64,000 bases of DNA from the NCBI GenBank assembly GCA_002497905.1, contig DAFJ01000024.1, positions 260-64,259 of the forward strand, in the 5' to 3' direction. Below the pieces are notes generated by a model. The model had not been told where the DNA came from and made no database searches. It saw nothing but the letters and a program-made list of their open reading frames with translations. Below, in pieces: positions 41,581 through 51,495 of the stretch (position 1 is its first letter; the number at the start of each line of letters is the position of its first letter). The position numbers were made by a program, and so were the translations under genes. Source of the DNA: Euryarchaeota archaeon UBA251 (GTDB lineage: Archaea > Thermoplasmatota > Poseidoniia > Poseidoniales > Thalassarchaeaceae).

Positions 41581-42513
41581 ATGGCGAGTCTCATTACGAT
41601 GGATGACCTGACGAACGAAGAGATCATCTCGATACTAGATATAGCGGAACAGATGTTACCGATTGCACGTGGTGAGGCGCATACTCCAATCCTTGCAGGT
41701 AAGGTATTAGCTAACCTGTTTTTCGAACCATCTACTCGAACTAGGATGTCCTTTGAAGCAGCTATGAAGCGGCTTGGCGGCTCAGTTTTGAATCTTGGAG
41801 ATGTTTCAACTTCGTCAGTTGTCAAGGGTGAGACTTTGTTTGATACGATGCAGATGATGGACGGATATGCGGATATTGCTGTAATTAGGCATCCTCGTCA
41901 GGGTGCTGCGAAGTATTCGTCAGACGCAGTTAAAATCCCTGTAATCAATGCAGGAGATGGCGCAGGTCATCATCCTACTCAGACGTTGTTGGACTTATTC
42001 ACCATCCGCAAATGTCATGGTACGCTCGAAGGCCTCCAAGTTGCTCTTGTGGGCGACCTCCGTTACGGCCGCACAGTTCACAGTCTTTCTGGAGCTCTTG
42101 CCCGTTTCGGGAGTTCACTCACTTTCATTTCACCGTCGTCTCTTTCGATGCCCAGAGAGATTGTGCAGGATCTCCATAAATCGGGCGTGGATATTGTTGA
42201 GACAGAGGACTTCCTCGGGTCGATTGAATCATTGGATGTCATTTACATGACTCGTATTCAGAAGGAGCGTTTCCCCGATGAAGAGGAGTATCGGAAGGTT
42301 GCCGGTATCTTTTGCTTGACTGCTAAGGACCTTGTAAACGCCAAGAAGGATATGATCATCATGCATCCACTCCCTCGAGTCAATGAAATCGCCCCAGACG
42401 TTGATTCAACTCCTCATGCCAAGTACTTTGAACAGGCATTCTACGGCGTCGTTGCGCGAATGGCATTGCTCTGTCGTCTTCTCGAAGTAGATGTTCAGGA
42501 GGCGATTGAATGA
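41581..42513 (+). CDS. pyrB: Aspartate carbamoyltransferase catalytic subunit
   Basis: FFEPSTRTRMSF, NAGDG..HHPTQ, RIQKER, HPLPR. Confidence 0.96.
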   Translation: MASLITMDDLTNEEIISILDIAEQMLPIARGEAHTPILAGKVLANLFFEPSTRTRMSFEAAMKRLGGSVLNLGDVSTSSVVKGETLFDTMQMMDGYADIAVIRHPRQGAAKYSSDAVKIPVINAGDGAGHHPTQTLLDLFTIRKCHGTLEGLQVALVGDLRYGRTVHSLSGALARFGSSLTFISPSSLSMPREIVQDLHKSGVDIVETEDFLGSIESLDVIYMTRIQKERFPDEEEYRKVAGIFCLTAKDLVNAKKDMIIMHPLPRVNEIAPDVDSTPHAKYFEQAFYGVVARMALLCRLLEVDVQEAIE

Positions 42514-42983
42514 GCGAGCAAGGTATGAGAAGGGTAACTGCGATTCAGAACGGGACTGTTATCGATCATATCCCAGCAGGATCATCATTGAGTGTTCTTG
42601 GTATGTTGGGACTCCTTGATTCTCGACGCACTCCTATCTCACTTGTCATGAATGTTCCAAGCAAGAAGTTAGGACGCAAGGACGTGATTAAAGTCGAAGA
42701 TCGTGAATTGACTCAGGAGGAACTTGATCGCCTCGCGATTATTGCTTCAAATGCATCAGTCGCTATCATCAGAGACTTCAGGGTTGCGGAGAAGAGGACC
42801 GTAGAACTTGGTTCTGAGTTAGTAAACATCGCTCGTTGCTCTTTCTCAAATTGTATTACGGCGAATCCAAGAGAACCACTTCCACACCGCTTGGTTGTGC
42901 GAAGTGCTGAACCTATGGAATTGAGATGTGCTTATTGTGGAAGGATTCAGGAGATTGGCGATCTCGTCAATCATTTGATTTGA
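42510..42983 (+). CDS. pyrI: Aspartate carbamoyltransferase regulatory subunit
   Basis: IQNGTVIDHI, KDVIKVE, C..SNCIT, CAYC. Confidence 0.95.
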   Translation: MSEQGMRRVTAIQNGTVIDHIPAGSSLSVLGMLGLLDSRRTPISLVMNVPSKKLGRKDVIKVEDRELTQEELDRLAIIASNASVAIIRDFRVAEKRTVELGSELVNIARCSFSNCITANPREPLPHRLVVRSAEPMELRCAYCGRIQEIGDLVNHLI

Positions 42984-43031
42984 TGTCCTTTTCTACGGAG
43001 AAATTAGAACAGGTCTTACGGTGCGGTATCC

Positions 43032-43457
43032 ATGGTCCATATAACGGAGAATGATCGTCTCATACTCGATGCTTTACGAAGAAATAGTCGGGCAACAGCA
43101 CGTGCGATTGCTGAGTCCGTGGGGTTGAATCAACGCACAGTTAGTGCGCGGATTACACAGTTGGAGGAAAGTGGAGTCATCCGCCAATACACGATACGTG
43201 AGAGTGGGGCTGGTTTGTCCGCATTAATCCGAATAAAGGTCAGTCCTGGTGCAAAGGAGATTGGTGCCTTAGGTGCGGAGATACGCACTTGGTCTGGAGT
43301 GGATACAGTGTTTGAAATTGCGGGTGAGGCCGATCTCATTGCCCTTGTTCATGTCTCTGATACGATATCTCTTCGCACCCTTCTTGACCGTATTTGGGAA
43401 TCTTCATCTGATCAAATTGCTTCGACTATTACGGAACTCGTTCTGGAACAGTATTGA
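43032..43457 (+). CDS. Lrp/AsnC family transcriptional regulator
   Basis: DRLILDALRRNSR...IA..VG...RITQLEESGVIRQYT; GEADLI. Confidence 0.9.
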   Translation: MVHITENDRLILDALRRNSRATARAIAESVGLNQRTVSARITQLEESGVIRQYTIRESGAGLSALIRIKVSPGAKEIGALGAEIRTWSGVDTVFEIAGEADLIALVHVSDTISLRTLLDRIWESSSDQIASTITELVLEQY

Positions 43458-43508
43458 TGCCCTGTCCTTCACCGAAGGAAACATGAGGTCGAAGCCTAAA
43501 TTCAGACC

Positions 43509-44117
43509 ATGGTGGATGAGCAGATGGTGGTTCGCACGCCGCGGCTCGTCCTCATTGCAGGGGCTACAGGTACAGGAAAGTCAAGGCTCGCCCATATGGT
43601 TGCACATGAGATGGGTTTCAGTCGATGTGTATCTACGGACACGATTCGAGAGGTACTCCGGGTTGGCCGTTCTCCCAATGATTCTCCTGAACTTCATCGT
43701 TCCAGTTACTCTCATGGGAAAACGGGTGACTCTGTGAACGACTGGTTAGATGCTTGCGATCCAATCAGACCTGGTATATCAGCAGTCATTAATCGTGCTC
43801 GATCCCAAGGCGTCGACCTTGTTCTCGAAGGTGTGCATCTAATCCCTCAGTCCAATTGGATTAGGGAATGGCGTGAGAGTGGGGGGCGTGCAGTCGGGAT
43901 CTATGTCACAGCGGATGCCGAGGCACAACATCGCGGATTTATCGTTGAACGTGAGTCCAGTAGTTATCGTGGTTCAGAGAGGTATATGATGGCCTTTGAA
44001 CGAATTCGAGCAATCCAGCGCGCCATGATGGAGCGCGGACGCCTTGCTGAATGGATCCGAATTGATCCTCTTCTCCACGAGGATCCATTGATTCGTGTCC
44101 GTCAGAATCTGATGTGA
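43509..44117 (+). CDS. 2-phosphoglycerate-kinase-like P-loop kinase (possible mevalonate-3-phosphate 5-kinase)
   Basis: GATGTGKS, STDTIREVLR, LHRSSY, VLEGVHLIP. Confidence 0.75.
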   Translation: MVDEQMVVRTPRLVLIAGATGTGKSRLAHMVAHEMGFSRCVSTDTIREVLRVGRSPNDSPELHRSSYSHGKTGDSVNDWLDACDPIRPGISAVINRARSQGVDLVLEGVHLIPQSNWIREWRESGGRAVGIYVTADAEAQHRGFIVERESSSYRGSERYMMAFERIRAIQRAMMERGRLAEWIRIDPLLHEDPLIRVRQNLM

Positions 44118-44549
44118 TTATGATACATCGATTTCTGCGTGTAAATCAAAGAGAAGTCGCCCGTTTCGATCAGCAATTCCTGCTTCAGCGACGACGGTGC
44201 AAATATCAGAATCGATTGTTGCATTAAGATCAACAAGAATGATTTCTACACCTCGATGTTCCCCATGTCGCATCAAATCCGCCTTTACACTATTTGCTGC
44301 ATCTAGACACCTTTCTTCCACTGTCCCAATTCCGTTCAAGTCATCGAATCGATGCTGAATTGATGTTTTCCAGACCTCACTAGTCTCTTCAGCAGTTTGT
44401 AGTACAGCATCATCGGATGCATTGTAGGGTTCCCCCATACCGACAACCTTCACGCTATAGATCGCCATCGACAATAGTGCAAGAATGAGAACCACTCCTG
44501 TAGCTAGGAGCATTTGTGCCTCATCATTAGAACGCTCTCTTCTCATCAT
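44118..44549 (-). CDS. Type IV pilin-like protein (class III signal peptide)
   Basis: MMRRERSNDEA/QMLLATGVVLILALL; last gene of pilus operon. Confidence 0.7.
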   Translation of the reverse strand: MMRRERSNDEAQMLLATGVVLILALLSMAIYSVKVVGMGEPYNASDDAVLQTAEETSEVWKTSIQHRFDDLNGIGTVEERCLDAANSVKADLMRHGEHRGVEIILVDLNATIDSDICTVVAEAGIADRNGRLLFDLHAEIDVS

Positions 44550-44992
44550 ATGCCCCCTCCAACATGCCAAACCTGTACTCCAATAGTCCACAAGTGGCCG
44601 TCTACGTCTTTCAGATGCATCACTGACAGGGTTTGAGATGGCGGGATCTCAGCATCTCCCGCTCGTTCCATGGCACCGGAGTCCACTGCTAGCCAACAGT
44701 TGCCAGTCACGGTCTTAGGTAACTGTTCAAGTATCAGAGTACAAGCTTCATCACGGCGGTCAGCCTCAAGATAATTTTCCAGAGTTGATGATCCGTCTTC
44801 ATCGACTACTGCTACAGATAGTAAGTGCGCATCTTCGGCAGCGAGCCGGAGGGATGCATCCGATGCAATTGCGTTGGTATCAGGCACCTGAAGTTGGATT
44901 ACAAAGGCTGCGGCAAGGAAGAACAACCAGAATAGTGTAATCATCTCAATCATGTGGACTTGAGCGGAATCATCTCGAAACAAATGTTTCAT
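44546..44992 (-). CDS. Type IV pilin-like protein (class III signal peptide)
   Basis: MKHLFRDDSA/QVHMIEMITLFWLFFL; Q+1 with nearby Glu, then hydrophobic helix. Confidence 0.7.
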   Translation of the reverse strand: MKHLFRDDSAQVHMIEMITLFWLFFLAAAFVIQLQVPDTNAIASDASLRLAAEDAHLLSVAVVDEDGSSTLENYLEADRRDEACTLILEQLPKTVTGNCWLAVDSGAMERAGDAEIPPSQTLSVMHLKDVDGHLWTIGVQVWHVGGGI

Positions 44993-44996
44993 CCAA

Positions 44997-46532
44997 TCAC
45001 CCTGGAGCGGTCCTACCAATAGAGTGCACCAACCCTTCAGCCATCGGTACTCCGATGAGGTCCGGGGTAAAGGCCACGAAGTTGAACGCTAATAGGGCTA
45101 GCATCAGCATGAATCCAGAGTGTTTCATTCCGTTCGATAGACGGCCAGTTGCCATCAGGCCTGCCATCGCACCATTGCCCACGGCTTGTGCTGATACTCC
45201 GTAGAAGAACACCACGAGGAAGAATAGTGGATCTACGGCGTTAATTTGCATGTTCCCAATACTTTCGGATTCTCCCCCACTATTGGATGAAGCAATCGCC
45301 GGGATGAATACCTTCGACAAAACAACGATAACTCCCATGAATACCAGATAGGATACCCATATGACGGAAATATACGAGGCGATTGCACGCACACGCTCAC
45401 CTTCAAGGAATTTTATTTCTCGAGAATCATTGGCTGCGGTAACAAGAATATCAGAGATTTTCCCACCTGCTTTGTTTGCCTCATCCACTAGAGATACAGC
45501 TCGATGGACAAGAGGAGTATTCACCCGTCCAGCGAATAACCTCATGACGTCACCAAAGGGAATCCCCCACGATAATTGATCTGACATCTTTTGGATGTCA
45601 TCGTTCAAAGCTCCATATTCGGAACGAGCTAATGTGCGAACTGAGACCACCATGGAGAGCCCTCCCTTCCAGTATTCTGCGAGGTCACGCAGGAAGTCAG
45701 GAAACTTGTCCTCGATTGCCTTAATCTTCCGTGCCTGTGCATCTTTGTAGATGGAAGGAGGGAATACCGCAACCAAAAGACCAATTCCAAAGAAGTTGAC
45801 GAATATAGTTGGATGAAGATCGAAGGGTCCGAGTTCAAATCCTGGTCCAATCCAAAGTGATTTGTTGTTCATGTTATCCGGTATTCCATCATACGCATCC
45901 ACAGATACAGTGAACTCGAAGGTCCTAAGGGTGGGTTGACCAGGTTCTATTTCCACCCACACTTCGTACTTCTTGTTGGCTTCAACAGGAATGTCTTGAA
46001 GTCCGCACTCATCCGAGTTGGCGACAATCTGTGCACTATCTTGTACTGATGTTGTCAAGTCATAGTACCGTTCAACGACAGAGAGTGTGAATACTCCGTT
46101 GTTGTCTGCTTCTGCTGAACATTCTATGTTGGCGAACTGTTGGGGATGAGGCATCGTACCAAGTCGTTGTTTGTCAATGCCTGGGACTACGAAGAAACCT
46201 GCACCGCCAGGTGATCCTACCTTCGACCATTCTTCAGTCCAAATTTCCGTAGAGGGAGATTCCTGAGTAAGGAAGCAGGATTCGTTGTCCGAATAGGTTG
46301 GAGGAACTGGGCTGTTCGGATCGAAGGAATCCGGACAAGCCATGTTGAGGAACATCGGCATCTGATTTATCGGTTTGAATACGAGGTCCGCGTTGGTAAT
46401 CCAAAATCCCATACAACCCACGCCAAGCATCATACATATGGCGAGGATGATGCTAAAATTGGTCTCAGACCGGTCGTCTTTTGGGAGTTCCAGCCTGACC
46501 TTAATCTTCTTCTTACGGTTCTTCTTTGCCAC
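44997..46532 (-). CDS. Type IV pilus platform protein (TadC/FlaJ, T2SS-F) with extracellular insertion
   Basis: FPDFLRDLAE, YGAL, GG.ISDIL, GLMATG...GMKH. Confidence 0.88.
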   Translation of the reverse strand: MAKKNRKKKIKVRLELPKDDRSETNFSIILAICMMLGVGCMGFWITNADLVFKPINQMPMFLNMACPDSFDPNSPVPPTYSDNESCFLTQESPSTEIWTEEWSKVGSPGGAGFFVVPGIDKQRLGTMPHPQQFANIECSAEADNNGVFTLSVVERYYDLTTSVQDSAQIVANSDECGLQDIPVEANKKYEVWVEIEPGQPTLRTFEFTVSVDAYDGIPDNMNNKSLWIGPGFELGPFDLHPTIFVNFFGIGLLVAVFPPSIYKDAQARKIKAIEDKFPDFLRDLAEYWKGGLSMVVSVRTLARSEYGALNDDIQKMSDQLSWGIPFGDVMRLFAGRVNTPLVHRAVSLVDEANKAGGKISDILVTAANDSREIKFLEGERVRAIASYISVIWVSYLVFMGVIVVLSKVFIPAIASSNSGGESESIGNMQINAVDPLFFLVVFFYGVSAQAVGNGAMAGLMATGRLSNGMKHSGFMLMLALLAFNFVAFTPDLIGVPMAEGLVHSIGRTAPG

Positions 46533-46550
46533 CGTATATCCCTCCTCTAT

Positions 46551-47618
46551 TCACATCTCGTTTTCTTTTGACATCAGCCAGACAAAGAGGGAATATGCGA
46601 TGTGGATCATAGGTAAGAGACCCATTACGATACCATATACCATATTTTCTGAAATTTGAGATCCAGCTCCGGATACCCAGAACATAATGACTAGCATGAC
46701 GATAAGGAAGAGAGGCATTGCAACTGCGACCACAATATATGTCTCAGCGAACATTGCAAGGGTCTCAAGGAACATTGTCAATCGTATGCGATTTTCCCGC
46801 ATGTAGTGCTCTGCACGGTTGAGGAAGTACAACTTGAGATTTCCACCAGAGGATAGGGTACCAACCATCCCTTGGAAGAATTCAGTGACCCAAGTAGAGG
46901 CGGCCCGATCAACAGCCAGTTTGACTGCTGTGATGATATCGTAGCCGAATAGTGTCATGTCACGATAAATCATCGAAGAGTCGTAGGCAATGTCGCCATA
47001 GATTTCGCCGTTCTTTGCAAGTGACCTAAAAATCCGCACCGGTGTTGCATTCGCTGCGGACATCGCTGCAGTATAGGATGAAGCGTAGGGCAAAAATTTC
47101 TCAAGCCGCTCTGCCCGCTCTGCCCGCTTACGTTCAGCCTCTCCACCGAAGTAACGGTTGGACATCACGGGGACGATTAGCGCGAGAAGACCTACAACTA
47201 ACACCTTCCACAATAAGGGAAAGGTCTGGGTAGCATAATGCGGACATCCGTTTCCAGGAAGAGACGGGTTGAGGTCGTTTTTGTGCCAGAATTCCCAGTC
47301 TTGACATGGCATGACAGTGGCAACATCCTGAATAGATTCATAGATGGCAATTAGTCCAGCACCGGGAAGGAATACGAGTGCCAGAAGTCCACCACATCCG
47401 AAGATGACTGCAATCGTACTCATCAGTTGAGTCGACTTGTAGACCTCTGGCATGACTCGTATGTCTGCTTGAACAAGCAACTTGGTGAGATCAGCATCAC
47501 CCCTAGCACGATCGCGGTACATCCTTCCAAAGAAAGCCGTGGAGAACTTTTGCCACGGTGTGAGGGTCATGCCTTCGAATTCGTAGACCTTCTCCCTCGA
47601 TTTTCGTTTCTTAGCCAT
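46551..47618 (-). CDS. Type IV pilus platform protein (TadC/FlaJ, T2SS-F)
   Basis: LPYASSY..AMS, YGDIA, FFQGMVGTLSSGGNL, LETLAMFAETY. Confidence 0.88.
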   Translation of the reverse strand: MAKKRKSREKVYEFEGMTLTPWQKFSTAFFGRMYRDRARGDADLTKLLVQADIRVMPEVYKSTQLMSTIAVIFGCGGLLALVFLPGAGLIAIYESIQDVATVMPCQDWEFWHKNDLNPSLPGNGCPHYATQTFPLLWKVLVVGLLALIVPVMSNRYFGGEAERKRAERAERLEKFLPYASSYTAAMSAANATPVRIFRSLAKNGEIYGDIAYDSSMIYRDMTLFGYDIITAVKLAVDRAASTWVTEFFQGMVGTLSSGGNLKLYFLNRAEHYMRENRIRLTMFLETLAMFAETYIVVAVAMPLFLIVMLVIMFWVSGAGSQISENMVYGIVMGLLPMIHIAYSLFVWLMSKENEM

Positions 47619-47635
47619 CCCTCATCCCTCCGGGT

Positions 47636-49159
47636 TCAGCGAAGGCCATCGACGCGGGCGAGGATTTCCTCAGGCCTGACGTAGAACTCCGTGATGATTT
47701 GTGCGACCTGATCCGACTTTCGGATATCGTTGAGCACCATCCAGTCTAGGATGCGCTTACGGGTCCGGAGTTCATTCCGCATCCGCTCTTGGCTGAAGTT
47801 GATCTTAACCATAATTTTCTCAAGGACATATGATTTGCCACTGAAGTCGAAGTCGTCTCTTGATGGGTCCCACTTGAACACTTCATTGGTGATGATTTCT
47901 TGGCTATGAGGGTCGACCCCTACAATCTCGACAATTTGCTTAGTTCGTCGTACACGTCGACCGTTGATTCTCGTCTGGATTTGAATTGCGATTGCCTCAA
48001 GTGCAGGTAAAAGAACACGTGGGATATCGATTGGCTTGTTTTCTAACCGATGGACTAGTGATGCAGCTGAATCAGCGTGGACTGTAGAATAGGAACAGTG
48101 CCCTGTTGCCATTGCTTGGAATAGAACATATGCCTCTGAACCACGAATTTCACCCACAATGATGTATTCAGGCCGTTCACGGAGGGCGGCCTTGAGAAGT
48201 TCGAACTCCGTAATTTCTCCTTCCGAGGATTCACCTCCGAATCCTTGACGGGTAAGTCCTGGAATCCAGTTTGGTTGAGGGATGTTCACTTCACGTGTAG
48301 ATTCAATACTGACGATTTTCATCTGCCATGGGATGAATAGACACATCGCATTCAGAGTAGTAGTTTTCCCGGAGGCAGTGCCTCCAACGAATAGCATTGA
48401 AACACCTTGCTGGAATGCGATCCATAGGTAGGCTACCATCAGGCTGGTCATGGTTCGGAACGCCACAATATCGCATGGGCTGAACGGATCTTCGCGGAAT
48501 CGGCGAATACAGAATGCGGAACCACGGGTCGATACTTCGCGACCGAGTTTCATGACAATACGGGAACCATCCATTAGCGTTGCATCGAGTAGAGGTTCAG
48601 CTACGGAGATGTGCTTGCCGCAGCGCTGTGCGAGCTTAATCACATATGCTTCTAATTCATCATCTGTTGGCCATGCAATGGTCGTCTCCACGGATTCGAA
48701 TTTTCGATGGTAAGCGAAAATCGGAACATTTGTACCATCGAGTGAGATATCCTCGACGTTAGCATCATTCATCAGCACGTCCATTCGGCCGTAACCAATT
48801 AGATCACGTCGGATGTAATAGAAAATCTTGGATCGAGACTTCTTGCTGATTTTCATCCGGTATGATTTGATAATCTGATCCATCGCGGCGCGAAGGTATG
48901 CAACAGGGTCGGCATCGATTTCTTCGATGTCCGCATTTAGTGCTTGGACGAAGATATTCATAATCTGGTCCTTTTGCTCGGTTTCTTTCTTGTTTAGTGG
49001 CGGTTCAATCACTTGGTAGAGAACATTCAGCGTACGTAGGTCGCGCACGATCCGTGCGAAGGAATGCGGAGGAGACACCGGGTATTTATCCAGTTCCTCG
49101 AACTGGTTTTGCTGTTTCTGACGCTTTTTTCCTTGGCTGCCCCGTCCTCTCCGCGCCAT
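47636..49159 (-). CDS. Type IV pilus assembly ATPase (FlaI/TadA/VirB11 family)
   Basis: GGTASGKTT, LKAALRERPEYIIVGEIRG.EA, AMATGH...TVHA. Confidence 0.93.
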   Translation of the reverse strand: MARRGRGSQGKKRQKQQNQFEELDKYPVSPPHSFARIVRDLRTLNVLYQVIEPPLNKKETEQKDQIMNIFVQALNADIEEIDADPVAYLRAAMDQIIKSYRMKISKKSRSKIFYYIRRDLIGYGRMDVLMNDANVEDISLDGTNVPIFAYHRKFESVETTIAWPTDDELEAYVIKLAQRCGKHISVAEPLLDATLMDGSRIVMKLGREVSTRGSAFCIRRFREDPFSPCDIVAFRTMTSLMVAYLWIAFQQGVSMLFVGGTASGKTTTLNAMCLFIPWQMKIVSIESTREVNIPQPNWIPGLTRQGFGGESSEGEITEFELLKAALRERPEYIIVGEIRGSEAYVLFQAMATGHCSYSTVHADSAASLVHRLENKPIDIPRVLLPALEAIAIQIQTRINGRRVRRTKQIVEIVGVDPHSQEIITNEVFKWDPSRDDFDFSGKSYVLEKIMVKINFSQERMRNELRTRKRILDWMVLNDIRKSDQVAQIITEFYVRPEEILARVDGLR

Positions 49160-49214
49160 GGTATCACCTCAGTGCATGCGGAATAGGCATGAGGATTGGC
49201 ATAACCTTTGGCCT

Positions 49215-49763
49215 TCAATCGGTTCTGCCGAGGCCTTCCAAGAGGGCTCTCACATCTCTCCGGAATGAATTGATGTCATCTTCGTTATGAATCCGATAAT
49301 TTGCCTCATCTATTAGTGCTTCAACGCCCCAATTCCGTTCCCGTGTATCTCGTGTAGAGGTCCCCTCGTCATCAGATCGTCCTCGTCCACTCAATCTGGA
49401 GTCCCTGGTGCTCTCTGAAGCAAGAATCGCAAGAATATCCGGTTCATCCCCCATCAGTTCAATCAAAGCCTCTTTCTCGGGCGTGCTTCGCATACCGTCG
49501 ATAAGGACGAGAGGATGTTTGGAAACTGCGTTTTGAATGTCTGGCCACAATCTTCTCAGGACGACATCGTCTCCGAACTCTTTGCGGAGATCGACTGCTA
49601 CTTCTCCGATGTTATCTCCGTTGGGTTCCAAGCCGCGCTTCGCGGTTTCAGCACGGATCAAATCTCCCATTGTGATTACAGGTATGTCCATCATCACAGC
49701 GATTTCGGAGGCCACACTCTTCCCCGATCCGGGAAGTCCTGTGAGCACTAGAATCCTTGACAT
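49215..49763 (-). CDS. UPF0200 P-loop kinase (archaeal COG0237-like)
   Basis: TGLPGSGKS, MGDLIR, IDGMRS, RGRSDD, RDTRE..WG. Confidence 0.82.
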   Translation of the reverse strand: MSRILVLTGLPGSGKSVASEIAVMMDIPVITMGDLIRAETAKRGLEPNGDNIGEVAVDLRKEFGDDVVLRRLWPDIQNAVSKHPLVLIDGMRSTPEKEALIELMGDEPDILAILASESTRDSRLSGRGRSDDEGTSTRDTRERNWGVEALIDEANYRIHNEDDINSFRRDVRALLEGLGRTD

Positions 49764-49857
49764 GAGGGGTGGTATCTATTGGTCGCTCATGAACACACCG
49801 TACGCATGGTTTGAAGGGATTAGCACGTGACTCAGAGGTTATACGCAGAGACTACGT

Positions 49858-51495
49858 TCAGTTCTCGAACGGTGCACTCTTCCACTTTCGATCAATCAGG
49901 CGGAGGAATAGGAAAGAGAATGAAAGCAGAATCGCACAGATACCCATGATGTAGGTCATGTCGGTGGATTGCCTATCCTCTAGTTTGAGTGCTTGAGCTT
50001 CTGCATCAAGGCCCGAAGATGAGACCTGCATGCCCCAGTTTTCCAATAACGTGGTGTCCCCCTGTGTCCACGATAGGAGGAATAAGCCGATGAGTGGGAA
50101 TGCTGTTGCCATCCAGAAGCGAGCCATGATGCCACTGTCAAAGATGGCCTTGTTCGGGCGTAGCCCCATTAGCCAAGCAGAGAGTGACACGATGTAAATC
50201 GAGTTGGCGAGCATTACAATCATGGAGGCCAACATTACATCCCACTGATTTAGCATCCATGCCATAAGGAGAATAAACAGGACTCCAATCCAACTTGTTA
50301 GTAGGAAGTAAGTCCAGATTTTTGCTCTTAGTAGTTCAGGTACCGAGACAGGCATCGTGTTGAGGTGGTCTGGTGCATCAATCGCATTTAGCCATGAATA
50401 GAAATTGAATCCAAAGAAGCCGATGAATGGGGCATACGATAGGAGATTGAATGGTATTGGGAAAGCAGCAAACTCTGCTCCCCATGCCATAAGGAGGAGA
50501 AAAAGAAGAGGAACAGCGAAGGACCCTAGCATCTTGAAGAGAGTCCCTGAACGAAGGACATCTACAATCTCCTTTGCGATAAGAATCCTCATGCGACTGT
50601 CTTCCTTCAACCCAAGTTTCCCGAGTCGTTCGAACATCGGTAGAAACAGATCATCTCTTGCGGATATCCTAACTTCGAAGTCTTCAGGAAGTAGACCTGC
50701 GGCAAGCCATGCAACGATGATACAAGTTAGGAAACCAAGAGGCGTCCACCAGAAAATGGCGGTAGCATGAGCGTAGAGGCCGAGTACTACACGGTCGATT
50801 GGAATGATGTCAATGTAAACAGTGACTCCAAGGAGCGCTGCTAGTATTGGGATGCCGAATGTGAAAGGTTGTCCGCGGGATATCAATGTCGAGCCGAAGA
50901 AGGATAGTGCAATTCCCTGTGCCATCGTTAGTGATACACATAACAGGAATGGTAGAAGCGACGACCACAGGAGTGGCGTCGAGATACCTAGGAAAGATTG
51001 TGACAGGATTCCTAACCCCATCCCAATTGTTACTGGCGTCAGAATTAGTACAATGTAGAATGCAACTTCCTTGAGATAGTATGCGAGGTAGGTGGTTTGC
51101 AGGTCAATGGGTAACATAGCTGGTGATGCTAGGAGGAAATTTTTCCCACCACCTCGTTGGGATACTATAGATTGTCCGAGAAAGGCGAAACTTCCCATGC
51201 CCATTGAGAACAAGAACACCATGAGGTGGATACCTTGCCTTAATTCGTCAAAGGTGAAAGTTTCTCGAGCGAGTTCGTCGGCATTGGCCCCTACAACTCC
51301 ATCTCCAGTCAGGAATCGGAGTCCAATTGTAACCGCCATCGCAACGACAGCAAGAAGAGCGGGGAAAAGGAGGATACGCCGACTCTTGGCAAAGTCAACA
51401 TTCTGTCGCCATTCCTCCTTGAACATCATCCAGAAAGTAATCGGAAAAGCATCGAGGAAATGTGCCTCATCCCGACGAGCCGACACGGCTTTCAC
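49858..51495 (-). CDS. ABC exporter permease
   Basis: About 12 TM; GTGA overlap with the ABC ATPase gene. Confidence 0.75.
   Translation of the reverse strand: MKAVSARRDEAHFLDAFPITFWMMFKEEWRQNVDFAKSRRILLFPALLAVVAMAVTIGLRFLTGDGVVGANADELARETFTFDELRQGIHLMVFLFSMGMGSFAFLGQSIVSQRGGGKNFLLASPAMLPIDLQTTYLAYYLKEVAFYIVLILTPVTIGMGLGILSQSFLGISTPLLWSSLLPFLLCVSLTMAQGIALSFFGSTLISRGQPFTFGIPILAALLGVTVYIDIIPIDRVVLGLYAHATAIFWWTPLGFLTCIIVAWLAAGLLPEDFEVRISARDDLFLPMFERLGKLGLKEDSRMRILIAKEIVDVLRSGTLFKMLGSFAVPLLFLLLMAWGAEFAAFPIPFNLLSYAPFIGFFGFNFYSWLNAIDAPDHLNTMPVSVPELLRAKIWTYFLLTSWIGVLFILLMAWMLNQWDVMLASMIVMLANSIYIVSLSAWLMGLRPNKAIFDSGIMARFWMATAFPLIGLFLLSWTQGDTTLLENWGMQVSSSGLDAEAQALKLEDRQSTDMTYIMGICAILLSFSFLFLRLIDRKWKSAPFEN

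Noticed and set aside
45830..45852. GTTCAAATCC tRNA T-loop-like motif
   Set aside because: Lies inside the TadC CDS and no cloverleaf could be built
44118..49159. Archaellum operon
   Set aside because: No FlaB, FlaH, FlaF or FlaG; two TadC genes indicate a pilus
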